A program made the position numbers and the translations under genes. Under the pieces are notes generated by a model. It saw nothing but the letters and a program-made list of their open reading frames with translations, was not told the origin of the DNA and did no database searches. Shown here piece by piece: positions 60,601 through 64,000 of a DNA stretch of 64,000 bases (its first letter is position 1; the number at the start of each line of letters is the position of its first letter). The stretch is from positions 181,731 through 245,730 of the forward strand of contig QPMI01000493.1 in assembly GCA_004431415.1 (NCBI GenBank), in the 5' to 3' direction. The stretch comes from Cyanophora paradoxa CCMP329 (taxonomy: Eukaryota; Plantae; Glaucophyta).

Positions 60601-63600
60601 CGGTGATCTGTTTCCCTCACAGAGCCGAGGCGGGCACCCCGGCACTGCGAGGACGCCGCTCATCACGCCCATAGCCTCGTACAGGCCCGCTGGCTCAGTT
60701 CTCATCGATAGCGACGGCGGCGGCGGCGGCGGCGCTTCCTGGGCGCCTCATCGCCGTCGCCCGCTCGCCCATCTCGGCGTCTTCCCCCTCAGCCTGCCCA
60801 CGGCGGGCGCTGCGGGTTCGTGGCCCCTGCGAGCCGCGCCACGGGTGCTGACGCGCACGACCCCGTCCCGCGGCCACGCTCGCCGCGACGGGCGCCTGCC
60901 GGGGAGCCGGCGCGGTCGCGCGCGCGACGTCGAGTAGCGGCTCGCTCAGGCGAGGCTCGACAGGCGCGGGCTCAGTGGCGGCGGCGTCGGAGCGGCGGTG
61001 GGCCGCGGCGCCATCGGGCTCGCAAGCGGCGCCATGTTGCCGCGGCGTGCAAGGTCACGAGCTTCGCCGTCGGTGCAGGCGGCGGGACAGGAACGGCGCC
61101 GGCCGCGCCGGCTGGCGGGTCCCTCGGCGAGAGCGCCTTCACAGGCGGGCGCGGCGGCAGGCAGGCCTTAGCCTCCTGATCGTCGCGCTGACGGCCTCGC
61201 CGTGTAGGCGCCCGTCGTGTCCGACGCGGCTTCGGCGTGGTGGCAGGTCGTGGAGAGGAGTGGGGGTGCGGCTGCCCGCATCCGTGCGCCACTTCTCCAC
61301 GAGCGCGATCATGTCCTTGACAGCCTCGTCATTGAAACGGCCCGCTTCTTCAGCAGCCTACGGAATAGATGACGAGGTGGGCCCGGTCGCCCGCCTTGGC
61401 CCCCTCGATGTACCGGAGCAGCTCCGCGGCCCGGCGGATCCGGGACCGTGCGGGCCCAGGCTGCATCGCACAGGGCGGTGAGCGCGGGCGCGGGCCGAGC
61501 TGGCTCAGCACGTAGAGCTCCTCAGGCACGATCGTGGCAGCTGCCCGCCTCGCGTCGTGCCGTGCAGGGGCAACTGCGTGGTGCGCGTGATCGGCGCACG
61601 CGGCCGACCTCCACGTGCCAGGCTCTGCCCCGTGCAGGCGCGGCCAGTGCAGCAAGGTGTCGCACAAGTGCAGGTCCGGAGGTGCAGAAGCGGGCGGCGG
61701 CGACGCGGGGCTCCACCGGAACGCGTTCAACCGTGCGGGACTCGCCCTCGCTCACGACCGGGAAGGCGGGGCACGGCCGTCGCGGTACGCAGTCAGACGC
61801 TCCGCGAGCGCTGCCCGCAGCCATCCCTCGGCGTCCCGATCCGAGCGGAGACGTGCCCGCCCGGGATCGGAACCTCAACGGAGGCAGCCAGGACGGCAAG
61901 CGAGTGAACGGCTTCCGTGAACTCCGAGTCCGAGGGGACAAGAGGGTTCCGTCGGCCAGGGCAACGGCGCTCTTGTGGCGTCGTGGGGACCGGCGCGGCC
62001 GCCGATGCAAGCCACGGTCTTCCACTGGATCGCGTGCTCGAGGGCCAGCAGGGCGAAGCCATAGGCGTCGACCGCGCGTCACCATGAGCGGCTCGGCGAA
62101 CTTAAGAAGCGGCCGAGGATCTTCTCGACGGCGCCGGCGGTGCCCGGGGCACCGTAGTCGACGCGGTGCAGGAAATAGCCCGCAACAGTCGAGGCGCACG
62201 CAAGGCGGAGGCGGTCCTGTGCCGCAACAGCTCGCTCAGCTCGATTAGCTGGCGGCGGCCCGACACTGTCATCTCGTGCGGCTCGAGAGAGGCCGCCACG
62301 GGCGAGTGCTGGCCAATGCTCCAGTGGCGGCGGTATGGCTCCAGCCAGCCGGCGGTAGCGACGCACTCGTCCCCAAGCTTCGTAAGCTTGTGGGCGTCGG
62401 GCTCGACTGCGGGGCGACCCTCGGGCGTGAGGCCCTCGGCGTGCGGCCACGCGTGGCCCCCGGCCCACTTCGCGGCGACGCGAGAGGCCTGGTGCGTGAG
62501 GCTCATGATTTCATAATAGTGCGTCGGCCAGGCGTGAGCCAGCGTGTCCTGGGACAGCGGGTCATGCCCCAGCATCTGCAGGAACGCAGTGGGGAGGGTC
62601 CGCGAGCCGAGGTACGTGCTCTCGGTGGCGAGCGGCTGAGAGAACGCCGCAAGCAAGAAGGAGAGCGTCTGGCGGGTGCGGGCCGGGCAGCGGAACGCAG
62701 TGGCATACCACTGCTCGTCCCGGACCTCGATCAGCCCCTCGCTCACAGTGCAGCCGCAGTGAGTCTCGCACGGCGCTGGGTACAGGAACGCCGCGCGGTC
62801 GAGCGGGACCGACGCGGCGCCCTTCAGCTTGTGCGCGTCCACGTTCCAGAGAGGAACGGGCCCCAGCTCGTGCTCGCGGCCCTTCACCGGCTCTAACTCA
62901 ACGGCTCCGAAGTGAGTGAGGTCTAGGCCGGGGCTAGCGCTGAGGAGGCGAGCGCGGTTGAGGCGCAGGGTCTCCTTAGACGCTACGGTCGCGTCCTCGT
63001 CGGCGAGGGAGGCGCCGTCGTCGGTCACCTCGAGGCTCGCTACCGTCTCGGCCCCCGAGGAGTACCCCAGGCAGCAGCCCACGCCGGCGGCGGGGTCCGC
63101 CGGAGCCTCGGCGGCGGCGGTCTCGGGGACCGACTTGGTGGGAGCGAGCTCCGTCGCGGGCTCGGGACCCTTCGCTTCTGCGTCAGCGCCCTCGACCTCC
63201 GTTGGGTCCGGGGCGGCCGCCAAGAGGAGTGCGACCTCCTCAAGGGCGGCGTCCACGATGCCGGCGGCGAGCTCGGCGGGGAAAGAAGTCGGCACGGGCG
63301 TCGGCGCGGGACCCTTCGCTGCTGCGTCAGCGCCCTCGACCTCCGTTGGGTCCGGGCGGCCGCCAAGAGGAGTGCGATTTCCTCGAGGGCGGCGTCCACT
63401 GCGTCGAACGCGACCTTCTTCTCCCCCTCGTCCAGGCCCGACTCCGGGCGGGTCGGCAACAGGTCCTGCGCCTCGCAGGGGGCCGGCCTCTCGGCTCCCG
63501 TGGGGCACAGGTCTGGGCGGCTTTCCCCGGACAGCTGCACTACTGCGATCGCGAAAGCGGTGGCGGCTGCGGCGACCGCGTTGAGAGCGGGGCCGTCCCG

Positions 63601-64000
63601 GGGGTCCTGCAGCGCGGCGGCGTGCGCCGCGGCCGCTGCGGTGAAGGCTCGGAAGGTATCGTCGACCAACGCCTCGTCGCTGCGCACGATGCGCACACGG
63701 TACACGTGCTTTTCCTTGCCAAGCTCGGCGGGCGCCGGGGCCGCCGTGGGCCCCGACCGTGGCCGCCGGTCGGCGCGGAAGCAGTGCAGTCGCGGACGGG
63801 CCGGCGGCGCCGCTTCGGGCAGCCTGCTCGAGCATGGCGCGCGCGATCGTGAAGGCGTTGGGTCAGCCCAGGGCGCCGGCGTCGCGGGCGGCACGGGCGG
63901 GGCTGCAGCGGCGGCGGCGTGTTCTGCAAGCGCGCGGCGGACCGCGGCCTCGAGCGTCTGCGCCTGGGCCGGGCAGGACGCGGCCAGGTGGCCGGTTTTG
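54600..64000 (-). CDS. Extended Gag-pol region of unknown function (chain of frameshifted ORFs)
   Basis: Continuous protein-like minus-strand segments with no introns seen; RS-rich tract near 56580-56850; zinc-knuckle end at the window edge. Confidence 0.6.
63163..63399 (-). repeat. Duplicated 94/93-bp coding segment (VDAALEExALLLAAAPDPTEVEGADA)
   Basis: 63163-63256 versus 63307-63399; the second copy lacks one G. Confidence 0.9.

Larger units (their letters stand above)
47872..64000 (-). mobile_element. Very large Ty3/Gypsy LTR retrotransposon, continuing beyond the window
   Basis: Order on the minus strand: zinc knuckle (KTGHLAASCP, ~63970-64000), long unknown coding region, PR, RT, RNase H, IN. 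Candidate PPT AGAGTGAGGAG lies before TGTCGCG at 48034, and the minus strand ends ...GGTACA at 47872. Confidence 0.85.

Noticed and set aside
50390-63900. Plus-strand ORFs such as 56398-58437 (679 aa) and 56292-57545
   Set aside because: Antisense shadows of GC-rich minus-strand coding sequence with no motifs.
1-64000. tRNA/rRNA genes and a firm species assignment
   Set aside because: No cloverleaf or rRNA signature noticed by eye; composition and intron style alone do not identify the organism.

Overview
GC-rich, intron-dense eukaryotic DNA, probably from a protist or alga; the species cannot be determined from the window. Short introns are the rule and GC-AG donors are unusually common. 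Left to right: (1) the 3' part of a heavily spliced NRPS with architecture ...T-C-A-T-R, whose A-domain pocket predicts a basic amino acid and which ends in a reductase (1-9344); (2) an F-box/LRR-like gene (9938-15243) whose 2.7-kb intron holds an insertion carrying an unrecognised antisense spliced gene; (3) a non-autonomous LTR element with 1.08-kb LTRs and a GTGT target-site duplication (15311-24163), containing a Helitron-like element; (4) an ABCG transporter relic; (5) a choline transporter-like (CTL/SLC44) gene (25991-31415); (6) a second Helitron-like copy (33277-35387); (7) a secreted, C-terminally anchored surface-protein gene (35787-40771, minus); (8) a long hairpin, a MITE and a 151-bp tandem array; (9) a truncated extracellular-protein gene; (10) a >16-kb Ty3/Gypsy element on the minus strand with about 9.4 kb of unrecognised coding sequence between a Gag-like zinc knuckle and the protease. 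All exon boundaries and domain calls were made by eye.
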